Part shown: in pieces, positions 40,960 to 49,449 of the stretch
How the letters are laid out: each line of letters opens with the position of its first letter
Numbering within the stretch: the first letter of the stretch is position 1
Source: an uncultured Chthonomonadaceae bacterium
Lineage (GTDB): Bacteria; Armatimonadota; Chthonomonadetes; Chthonomonadales; Chthonomonadaceae
Assembly (NCBI GenBank): GCA_963817895.1
Contig: CAWFQB010000005.1
Location: 416,001 to 480,000 of the forward strand
Reading direction: 5' to 3'
DNA: 64,000 bases
The notes under the pieces: model-generated
Database searches by the model: none
What the model saw: only the letters and a program-made list of their open reading frames with translations
What the model was told of the DNA's origin: nothing
Translations under genes and position numbers: made by a program

Positions 40960-42121
40960 ATGCTTACTTACCAGATCATCGTTACTTTGTTGCTGCTGAA
41001 CTTTGTCTTTCTGGTGGCGCGGAATTTGCGCGATTATGCCGTTTTGCCGCCCGATTTGCCGCCTGCGCGTCCGCTTGAACGCTTGTTCGTGCTGATACCG
41101 GCGCGGAACGAGGCGGAGAATATTGGGGATTGTTTGAACGGGCTATTGGCGCAGCCGGAACACGCCGCGCCCTTTCCGTTCACGCTGCTGGTACTCGACG
41201 ACGCTTCGGACGATGGTTCGGACGCTATTATTGAGGAGATTGCCGGTCGAGATAACCGCGTTCATCTGCTGCGCGGCAAGCCCATCGAAGCGGGATGGGC
41301 GGGCAAGGTGTGGGCGTGTACTCAGTTGGGAACCGAAGCGCTGAACCGGGGCGCAGACTGGCTGCTGTTTCTGGACGCGGACACGCGGGCGAAACCGGAG
41401 TTGTTGAGCGCATCCTTGGCCCACGCGCAGGCAACCGGCGCGGGCATGGTCAGCACGTTTCCCTATCAGGTGACAGGCACGTTCTGGGAGCGGGTCGTCC
41501 TGCCCATGTTGCATTTTCTGATTATCACATTTTTGCCGATTCGTATGGTGTGGGAAAGCAAGTTTCCGCAACTGGTGGCCGCGTGTGGGCAGTTCGAGTT
41601 GTTTTCTGCGGAAGCGTACCGGGCGGTCGGGCGGACACGGCAGTATTCCCCACTCGTTTCACGATGGCCTGCAACTCGCGCGGCGCGTCAAGGCGTCAGG
41701 CCGGAATGTTCGCCTGTGCGACGCCAGCAGTCTGATTTCGTGCCGCATGTACGCGGGCGGGAAGGCGGTCTGGAACGGCTTCACCCGCAACGCCTATGAG
41801 GGATTGGGCGGCGTTGCGCCCTTGATTGTGATGAGCGGCCTGCAAACTATTTTGTTTCTGCTGCCATTTGTGTTTGGGGCGTTGGCTGTTGGCTGTTGGC
41901 TGTTGGGCATTCGAGTATGGGGCGTCTCTTTTCCCTTGTTGGGAGTACAAATTTTGCTAATTCTGCTGATACGGGTGATGCAGGCGCGGCGGTTCGGACA
42001 CGTTGATAGTATCTGGCTGCACCCGCTTTCGATTGCCGCGCTGGTCATTATTCAATGGGCGTCGTTCTGGAAAACGCTTCGCAAATCGCATGTCGCGTGG
42101 AAGGGCCGCGTGTATTCGTGA
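40960..42121 (+). CDS. GT2 glycosyltransferase (carotenoid CrtQ/CruC-like); frameshift at ~41630
   Basis: IPARNE, DDASDD, GWAGK, LFLDAD, ACGQF; continues in ORF 41585..42121 (GGH, CRMY, WKGRVY). Carries (GTTGGCT)3 at 41881-41901. Confidence 0.85.
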
Positions 42122-42260
42122 TATGGCGCATGGGGACGGGGAACAAAACGGCATTGTTCCCCGTCCGTTATCATAACGCCCATTTAACACGCTCGATGTT
42201 GAGCCGCTATGCCGGGGTTGCTATGAAGCAGCCCGCTGAAGAAGGATCACAAAAACCATT

Positions 42261-42608
42261 ATGAAGACACTCTTTACACTGCTGACGGTGTGCGCGTTGG
42301 CCGGATCGTATCTGCTGCCGGTTCGCGCCGATGGCAAAGACGACCTGAAACACGCGACCGCGCACCTGAACCGCTCCCTGAACAAGGCGTCGAAAAGCGC
42401 CAACCGAGACTTGAACAAAGCCTCCAAAAGCGCGAACCGCGACACCAACCGCGCTTCCAAGAGCGCGAACCGCAACGTGAATAAAGCGTCCAAAAGCGCG
42501 AACCGGGATACCAATCGCGCTTCCAAACATGCCAACCGGACGGCAAATCAGGTATCCAAGGACGTGAACCACACGGCGCAGGGCAAGCCGGACGCCGACA
42601 AAAAGTAA
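42261..42608 (+). CDS. Secreted hydrophilic 11-mer repeat protein (LEA-like)
   Basis: Signal peptide (VRA-D) then about 6 repeats of [LTV]N[KR]ASKSANR[DN]. Confidence 0.8.
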   Translation: MKTLFTLLTVCALAGSYLLPVRADGKDDLKHATAHLNRSLNKASKSANRDLNKASKSANRDTNRASKSANRNVNKASKSANRDTNRASKHANRTANQVSKDVNHTAQGKPDADKK

Positions 42609-42663
42609 CGAATGCCAGGCTGCTTTGCCGCTTCGAACCATTCGTTCAAAAACAATAACAATC

Positions 42664-42701
42664 AAGCGCACAGGAGAACCAACTGATTCTCCTGTGCGCT
42701 T
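42664..42701. terminator. Hairpin between convergent genes
   Basis: 15-bp perfect stem AAGCGCACAGGAGAA/TTCTCCTGTGCGCTT. Confidence 0.7.
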
Positions 42702-42746
42702 CATTTATTCCTGTTGGTTGGATGCAATTCAGAAGCGACAAAGGAC

Positions 42747-42956
42747 TCACTGAATGTGAAGGACGTTGCGGAGATAGGCGATGGTAATCGCGCCCGTGAC
42801 GAACGCGACGAACAGGAAAAAGGCATACGCGGCAATCATGGGGCGGTTCACATCGCCCCGGCGCAGGACGCGGCAGCGCGGGCATTGCGTTTCTTCGTCG
42901 CCAAGCGCCTGACCGCACGAGTGGCAGGCCGTTTTTTTCGCCTTTGCCATCATCAT
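42747..42956 (-). CDS. Small zinc-ribbon membrane protein
   Basis: CHSC...CPRC followed by one TM helix; start overlaps the upstream stop. Confidence 0.7.
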   Translation of the reverse strand: MMMAKAKKTACHSCGQALGDEETQCPRCRVLRRGDVNRPMIAAYAFFLFVAFVTGAITIAYLRNVLHIQ

Positions 42957-43259
42957 TCCACTTCTCCCAATGAGGGTTTGTTCAGCGTCAGGCGCACCGA
43001 ACCCTCTACAAACGTCGTAATCTCTTCTTCCTGTCGAATGGCCGCGATCTGCTTATCCAACTCCGCGATTTTGGCGGACATGGCGGACTTTTCGCGCTCG
43101 TTCGCGCTGCGCTCCCGATCTCGATTGAAATCCGCTTCGCCGCTGTTCCAGCGCGCCGCGCATCAGGCGCAATTCGCGCGCGCGCGGGTTTTCGCCCATG
43201 AATTCGTCAAGGATTTCCTCTTCGTCCAGCACGTCATCATTGTAACCTTCGATCCGCAT
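42953..43259 (-). CDS. Small coiled-coil hypothetical protein; frameshift at ~43135
   Basis: AGGAG RBS; reframing gives ...ADFNRDRERSANEREKSAMSAKIAELDKQIAAIRQEEEITTFVEGSVRLTLNKPSLGEVE*. Confidence 0.65.
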
Positions 43260-43487
43260 TTTTCGCTCCTTCCATTCTGGAAGTGTTCAGGAGGAGTTCC
43301 TCTGGAGAATACTGCTGCCTTTATAGAATACGAATTTGGGAGGGTTACTGTTTGCCGAAACATCGGAAAAACAACAAGGACGCGGGAAGCCTGATTGTTT
43401 CTGCTCCACGCGCCATTGTTTAGGATTGAGTTTGAGAATTGCTGTCAGCATTGAACGTGGTCGTTATTCATGCCAACTTGCGCCGGG

Positions 43488-44174
43488 TTAGCGCAGGGTG
43501 GCGTTGACAAGCAATTCGCTCAGGTTGGCAAGCCCGAGCGGAACAGTGGACACTTTACGCTTGATACGCGCCAGAGCATTGTCTACGGATTTGGTTTTGC
43601 AATGCAGTTCGCAGGCGATTTCCCGGTACGATTTCCCGATCTGATAGCCGGCGAGCACATGCCATTCAAAATCCGAAAGCACCTGTTGAAGCATCTCATG
43701 AAGAACTTTGGTGTCTTCGCCCTGAATGACGAGGTCTTCAGGGTCCAGCGTCTCGGTGGCGGGAATGATGTCGGAGAGGTTCCAGTCGGGGCCGGAGTTT
43801 TCGGCGGGACTTTCCAGCGAAAGCGACTGGTTGAGCGGCATCTGTTTCTGGCGCGTGGCCGTTTTGATGGCCGTGATGATATGCCGCTGAATACAGACTT
43901 TGGCGAAGGCCGGGAAAGAGATAGCCTTGTCACAGCGAAAGTCAATGATCGCCTGCCAGAGTCCGATCATCCCGACCTGAAGCAGGTCTTCTTTCTCGGC
44001 GCCGACGAGAAAGTAGGATTTGACTTTGGTGCGAACGAGATTACGATATTTGTAGAGCAGGTATTCCGAAGCGGTTTCGTCGCCCCGCTGCGCCCGCTCG
44101 ACAATGTCCCGATCCGCCATGTCGCAAAATTTGATATGGCTGGCGGGCAGATGGTGCTGCAAGTCACTGATCAC
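43488..44174 (-). CDS. sigH: SigH (Spo0H)-like RNA polymerase sigma factor (start 44174 or 44120)
   Basis: KYRNLVRTKVKSYFLVGAEKEDLLQVGMIGL, IITAIKTATRQKQMPLN, GKSYREIA...KSVDNALARIKRK. Confidence 0.88.
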   Translation of the reverse strand: MISDLQHHLPASHIKFCDMADRDIVERAQRGDETASEYLLYKYRNLVRTKVKSYFLVGAEKEDLLQVGMIGLWQAIIDFRCDKAISFPAFAKVCIQRHIITAIKTATRQKQMPLNQSLSLESPAENSGPDWNLSDIIPATETLDPEDLVIQGEDTKVLHEMLQQVLSDFEWHVLAGYQIGKSYREIACELHCKTKSVDNALARIKRKVSTVPLGLANLSELLVNATLR

Positions 44175-44351
44175 CCTGTGGCCCTCGATCCATGGAGTGT
44201 AGTTTCTTCGATAACCGTCTGGCGCGATGTGAGGCTTCGTGGATCCATCGCAAGACCCGAGGAATTGCAGCAATGTGCTTCCGGCCTATTATACTAGAAA
44301 AACGATGATTCTACAACCCTCCGCAATAATTTTGCGACCACGTTCGATGCG

Positions 44352-44432
44352 AGGGAGTAGGAAATAGGGAGCAGGGAGTAGGGGAATACAGAATTGCTTT
44401 ACCTCTACTCCTATTTCCTACTCCCTGCTCCC
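44352..44432. repeat. Heptamer inverted-repeat element
   Basis: (AGGGAGY/AGGAAAT)n arm and complementary (CTACTCC/CTATTTC)n arm. Confidence 0.8.
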
Positions 44433-44507
44433 ATCTATGACTTACTTCACAAGCGCAGCGTGTCCGGCTTCACGGCGAAAAGAGAACAAATGGGACATAA
44501 TAAGTCA

Positions 44508-44758
44508 TGTTCGCTTCTCCGGCAGCCAATGACGCTTGTTGGAGGGGCGAATAGGACAACCGGCGCCGGAAGGCCGGTTCTGTGAAAAGGGACAACGCGC
44601 TAATACAATAATTTGCTTCAAGCAGATTGTTTCGCAATCCTGTCGCGCCGTGTTCCTCGCCTCGACGCGGGAAAGAGAAGTCCGGGGACCTGCGTGCGTC
44701 CTCGCGCTGACAGGCGCATTGCCCGATGAACGTTGTAACGTTCATCGGGCGCTTTTTT
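44508..44758 (+). ncRNA. Candidate structured RNA or attenuating leader ending in an intrinsic terminator
   Basis: CATAAT just upstream; stems at 44508-44553, ~44558-44579, ~44607-44631 and ~44639-44714; terminator GCCCGATGAACGTT/AACGTTCATCGGGC+T6. Confidence 0.4.
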
Positions 44759-44830
44759 GTATGCCCCAAAATTGGGTATATTTAAGGGGACGCGAAAACG
44801 CGCGGGGCGCAATGTAAGAGGAGCAACAAC

Positions 44831-45394
44831 ATGCGGCTTCAGGAAAGAAGTAAGGGCGTAGCGAGGGCGGCAACAGGCGCGGCGGTTTGTTTTGTTTTGA
44901 TGGGCGCGAACACGGCGGGAGCGCAGGAACTGCCCGCCCAATTTGCCGTTCGCGGCGGGTTCCATCTGGGCAACGATTTCAACAACAACGGCGCGCGCAA
45001 TCATCTGGAGGGCTTTGAAATCGGCGCGGACCTGCCCCTTATCCACAAGGTCAAGTATCTGGGCGGCATCTACTTTTCCCCAACCATCACTCTGGGCGGC
45101 AGCAACCGTTCGGGCGCGGATACGGACGGCAACATCTACCGATTTCTGGTCAACGCGAAATACGGCATTGCCAACACGGGCGCGTATGGCGGATTGGGAT
45201 TGGGGTATAGCTTCACGCAGGCGCGGGTTCACGAGTTCCGCAACGTCAACGGGTTCGCGACCGAATATCTGTTGGGCTACAACTTCCACGTGCCGCATCC
45301 CAAACAAACGCAGCCTTTCCTCGAACTCACCTACCACGACGGCGAACACAATCAACTGCGCGGCTTCTCCTTCAACGTCGGCGCAAGGTTCTGA
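44831..45394 (+). CDS. Small outer-membrane beta-barrel protein
   Basis: GAGGAG RBS, signal peptide (AGA-Q), amphipathic strands (YGGLGLGY), terminal NVGARF. Confidence 0.8.
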   Translation: MRLQERSKGVARAATGAAVCFVLMGANTAGAQELPAQFAVRGGFHLGNDFNNNGARNHLEGFEIGADLPLIHKVKYLGGIYFSPTITLGGSNRSGADTDGNIYRFLVNAKYGIANTGAYGGLGLGYSFTQARVHEFRNVNGFATEYLLGYNFHVPHPKQTQPFLELTYHDGEHNQLRGFSFNVGARF

Positions 45395-45410
45395 AAATCA
45401 GGCTTACCCC

Positions 45411-45716
45411 CTACTTCCCCTCTACCAGAGTGTAGGCGTGTTCGCGCGCGGCGCACAGCTCTTTCGCCATAATGGAGACAATTCTAGGCGCGGCATGTTG
45501 CAGTACATCTTCTTCTGCCGCGTCCTCGAAATGATCTAGAAATACGCGTTTGTCCAGATCAAGGCGAACGCCGTATTGCATCTCCTGCCCGTACTGTTTA
45601 TAGCGAATCAAAGCAAGAGAACTGCGGACGCCTGCGGGCATTTCTGCCCGTAAGAATTCAATTCCCGCGCTTCCCGGAACACGTCCGTGTAAGGGAATGA
45701 TGAATAGTTCGGGCAT
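45411..45716 (-). CDS. 101-aa hypothetical protein, candidate antitoxin/immunity partner
   Basis: AAGGAG RBS then ATG 45716 directly behind the ART-like gene; motif GVRLDLDKRVFLD. Confidence 0.7.
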   Translation of the reverse strand: MPELFIIPLHGRVPGSAGIEFLRAEMPAGVRSSLALIRYKQYGQEMQYGVRLDLDKRVFLDHFEDAAEEDVLQHAAPRIVSIMAKELCAAREHAYTLVEGK

Positions 45717-45726
45717 ATATTTCTCC

Positions 45727-46287
45727 TTACCATACAGCAATACGGTTAATGACGCGCGAATTCGGTAATGATGTTCGCCAGAATCTCTGCATCTCGCAAC
45801 GCGCGTACAAACGTTTCCACTTCAATCGTTAGATTGGGACGGCGCGGCGTTGCGCCACCGGAAGGCAACAACGCTGGCTTTGGCGTGATAGTTATATCAA
45901 TATATCAATGACGCTGAGTAGAAAGTCCTGCCCTCCGTCGTGTTGGTAGGGCGGATTGAGAGGAGTGGTAATAGCCGTTGCTACCTCCTTGACGGGATCA
46001 AGAAGGATGACGCCTGCCGGCAGCGGGTCATTTAATTCAATCTCATACACGTATCCCGGAACTGTTGAGGTTGGCACGGCATTTCCATTTACGGCGTAAT
46101 CCCAGGCAATGGCGTAGGAGCGTGTCAGTGAGATATAAGGGCTATTTGTATTGCCCCGCGCAATGTGATGCATCAAGCGATCTGAAGTTTGCGGCATTGT
46201 TGAAGTGTGCGGTGTGAAACCTAATAGCCGAGCGTCGTTTTTGTGCCAGTATGTTCCAACACCAGCCCCTTTGTAGTAAATCGGCAT
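45727..46287 (-). pseudogene. ADP-ribosyltransferase-fold (R-S-E type) toxin-like gene interrupted by an 8-bp duplication
   Basis: YYKG, SPYISLTRS, GYVYEIE. Deleting one TATATCAA copy (45893-45908) extends the frame to ...LTIEVETFVRALRDAEILA. End is 45746, or 45727 with one more frameshift. Confidence 0.6.
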
Positions 46288-46639
46288 ACAGCGTCCTCAA
46301 TGGTTTGGATTTGTTTTGTCGCTCGTCCATTATAACATAGTCAGGCTGATGCGTCAACATGACGTCATGGGTTGCTGTCTTGACTTTTGCCGCCCGGAAA
46401 TGCTACGCTTGCCGGAAGCGCGCGCCACCTTTCGCCTCTGTTATTCAGCCCTGTACCCAGTGTTTTCGGCACTGTTCGCGTTCCTCCATTCTGATTTCAG
46501 GAACGGGTTCGCCGTTCTGCGCCGTATGATAAGCGTAGCCTTCGCATTTTTCAGTGTCTCTTTTTTCATTGTTTCGCTGTTATTCTGTGTCTTTTATTCT
46601 GCGCGCGGACTGCGCGGTTCGCGAGGAAAGCAACTTCTC

Positions 46640-47949
46640 ATGAGTACCCGACAATCCACTTTGCCCGACTGGTGGCAGCGCGAAAAGCAGCGGCGGCAGA
46701 TACATCTGCTGATTCTGCTCGGCCTGCTCGGTTCCCTTATCGCCTTCTTCTATTATCTTTCCCATGCCGGCGTGACGGGCATCACCGGCAGCATTGATTT
46801 CGACACGAGCAACACCATTGCGTTTATCCGGCAAAACGACAAAGGAGAAGCCACGCTATACGATATTCGCGCCGATGGAACCGGTTTGATTCCCCTGACA
46901 CCTGGCGACGACACTTCCGACAAGAGCGCGCCCGCGTGGAGTCTGGACGGCAAGCAGGTTTACTACTCTTCCAATCGCGGCGACCGCAAAAAGATGCAAA
47001 TTTTTATTCGCGGCGCAAATGACGTTTCACAGCTTACTTACGGCACGGGCCGCAAGGAGAATCCCTTCGCCTCGCCGGACGGTAAGCGCGTCGGGTTCCT
47101 GACGCTCGGCGCGGTGAAGACCGTGCTTACCAACGGCAAAGGTGTGGAGCAGATTTTGCCGCCCCCCGCGAAGAGAAGGCTTCAGGCGACGAAAACGGCC
47201 CCCCTGCCGAGGCGGGACTGAACGGCGCGTATTTGAACGCCGCGCTTGCCTCCGACAGCGAGGGCATCGCGGGCGTGAAGGAACTGGGATCAGACAATGA
47301 CTTTCGCTTCGATCCGCGCCTGCAGGGACTTACCAACGGCGATCAGATGGTGGAAGCGGTTCCGGCAGGCGGCAAGCTGCTGACGCTGGTGGGCGCCAAC
47401 GCCGTCAGCATCGCGTGGGAACCCAATGGCAACCGCCTGATGGTGGCGTATGCCGAAAGCCCGCAGCCGGTTCCCGGCAAGGGAACGGAACTGGTAAGCG
47501 GCATCGTGCTGTACAATTTCCCCAAACCCGGACAGGTCGAGGCGCATCCGTTGATGATCAGCGTGGGCAACAACATTGAGCCGCGCAACCTTGTCTGGTC
47601 GCCGGACGGCAGAAAGATCGCTTATGAGACGTGGCTGCTCAAAGGCAATAAGGAGCGCCAGCCGCTGGGTATTCGCGTGGACGATATTCCCGAAAAGCCG
47701 CTGCTCTTCCGCCCGCAGGACGCCGCGCAATTTCAGGCCACTCTGCCCACCAACGCGCAGGGAACGCCGCATGTGCCGCGCTTTTCGCCGGACGGTTCGC
47801 GCCTGCTGTTTCAGGTCACGCGCCCCAACAACAAAAACGATCTGTTCGTCATCAATACTGACCTGACCAATGTGACCAACCCGCTCGCCCTCACCAAAGG
47901 CGAGGGCGACAACACGCAGGCAGTCTGGTCGCCGGCAAAACCGAAGTAA
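46640..47949 (+). CDS. Membrane-anchored TolB-like (PD40/WD40) beta-propeller; frameshift at ~47165
   Basis: N-terminal TM; PAWSLDGK, ASPDGK, VWSPDGR, FSPDGS, VWSP; break in a C homopolymer. Confidence 0.82.
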
Positions 47950-47977
47950 TCGGCCCCAATTACGTCCAGCCTCTAAT

Positions 47978-48016
47978 CGTAAGTGGGCGTCCCATTCCCG
48001 ATAGTCGGTACGCCCC
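47978..48016 (+). repeat. REP-like palindrome copy A
   Basis: CGTAAGTGGGCGTCCCATTCCCGATAGTCGGTACGCCC. Confidence 0.8.
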
Positions 48017-48079
48017 CCTTACAGCCTTTTTCAAAATTAATCGCTAACTCGCCTCGCCGCATATAGGTACAATATTTGC

Positions 48080-48679
48080 ATGAGCAGCCCAATCACGCCC
48101 GATCCTATGCCGCAACTTCATGCGGATGTTACTGCCCTGATCGGCGCAACGCAACAACTAACCGGGCGAAAGTCTACATGGAGCGGGCGCGTTATTATCG
48201 GCACGGAATTGAACGCTTTAGGTCGTCCCGCCTACTTTGGCGCAAAGCCGTGGAACTGTGACATCGTGATCCATCAGGATAGGATTGCGCATATCGGCAG
48301 GTACTCTACGCTACTCCACGAAATTTTCCATTCTGTCAGTGTCGGCCTCAAGAAGCCTGATTTTCAGTTGCTGCGGGGATTTGAAGAGGGTGTGGTGGAA
48401 GCGTGTACCCGCCTGTTCCGCGATTCGCTTCTGATTGCAGCCGGATTGCCGCCTGCCGCTGATGTCCGTACTTCTTATAACCGCTACCTGACTGCTTTAG
48501 AAACGCTCAGAAGCCGAACGCTAAAAACCGAAGCAGATTTTTATCTGGCGCTTCTGGCTATGCCTTTATTCAATCGGGAAGCCACTGTGTTACAATGGAT
48601 ACAAGATGTTGAGCCGACAAATTCTCGCGTACAAATCGCGCTGGATACCGATGCGGCGAGACAGGAGTTGCAACGATGA
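48080..48679 (+). CDS. HExxH zinc-metallopeptidase-like protein, candidate toxin
   Basis: STWSG, KPWNCDI, TLLHEIFHSVS...FEEGVVE; no signal peptide. Confidence 0.7.
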   Translation: MSSPITPDPMPQLHADVTALIGATQQLTGRKSTWSGRVIIGTELNALGRPAYFGAKPWNCDIVIHQDRIAHIGRYSTLLHEIFHSVSVGLKKPDFQLLRGFEEGVVEACTRLFRDSLLIAAGLPPAADVRTSYNRYLTALETLRSRTLKTEADFYLALLAMPLFNREATVLQWIQDVEPTNSRVQIALDTDAARQELQR

Positions 48680-48891
48680 CACTTGATGATGTGCTGCGCT
48701 TTATGGGCGGCGTTCGGACGCTGGAAGACTGCAAGCGGGCGTGGGAATTACAGGCGGAATGGCTGCGCGAACATCCTGAAGACGAAGTAGTCATTGACGA
48801 AGGCGAAGCCCTGTTTATGCACGAGGAAGCCCTCAAAAACATGGCCGCGCAAAAGCAGGAAGTACCGCAACAAGCCGAGCGCGCCGCCTGA
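48676..48891 (+). CDS. 71-aa acidic protein, candidate immunity/antitoxin
   Basis: AGGAG RBS; ATGA overlap with the upstream stop; WLREHPED motif. Confidence 0.7.
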   Translation: MTLDDVLRFMGGVRTLEDCKRAWELQAEWLREHPEDEVVIDEGEALFMHEEALKNMAAQKQEVPQQAERAA

Positions 48892-48918
48892 CTCGCAAAC
48901 CCCGCAACCATTCCTGAC

Positions 48919-48960
48919 CGTAAGCGGGCGTACCGTTCCCCGATAGTCGGTACGCCCACC
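48919..48960 (+). repeat. REP-like palindrome copy B (direct repeat of A)
   Basis: CGTAAGCGGGCGTACCGTTCCCCGATAGTCGGTACGCCCACC. Confidence 0.85.
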
Positions 48961-49373
48961 CATCCTTATTGCCTTTCTAAATGCCTTGTGTGAGACGCCA
49001 TTTTTCATGTAAGTTCTCTGGTACGCATGTTTCGCTCGTTCAAGAAGCGTGTGCGTTTATCCGCATAGCGTGTGCGCCCAAAATACACGATAAACAGATA
49101 AGCATACAACGTTCATCGTCTTGCATACATGCTTCTCCGCTAAGGTATATTGGCATATAGACCACAAAACATGGTTCCGCAATGCCCCTAACCGTTTTTC
49201 GGGAGGACGCAACGCCCATCACGACCGGCGCAAGCTACCTCATACCCGCCTATTCCCATCGTCGGGCAGCACTCCCGACCCGGTGAGCGTGAGCGGCGTG
49301 TGTAACCCCGTCTTGCATCAGGCCGTGCTGATATAGACCCCTTCCGCGGCCTGAATATTTTTAAAGGCTATCA

Positions 49374-49407
49374 GGGTGGGTGGGGCGTACCGACTATCGG
49401 GGAACGG
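49374..49407 (-). repeat. REP-like palindrome copy C (inverted, partial)
   Basis: Reverse complement CCGTTCCCCGATAGTCGGTACGCCCCACCCACCC. Confidence 0.8.
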
Positions 49408-49449
49408 GATTCCTTCGGTTACGCCCCGGCTGTGCTTGCGAGTACGATT

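Noticed and set aside
44580..44700. Firm cobalamin riboswitch call
   Set aside because: Only the B12-box-like 3' motif matches; the GGGAA-GGTG and GCCACTG core elements are absent. Kept as an unclassified structured RNA.
48961..49336. RAYT or IS transposase remnant (RRKLPH and AYNVHRL fragments)
   Set aside because: Only isolated short peptides in stop-ridden frames; no HUH or DDE motifs.
47978..49407. Integron attC sites
   Set aside because: No RYYYAAC/GTTRRRY core ends, too short, and no integrase nearby; REP-like fits better.
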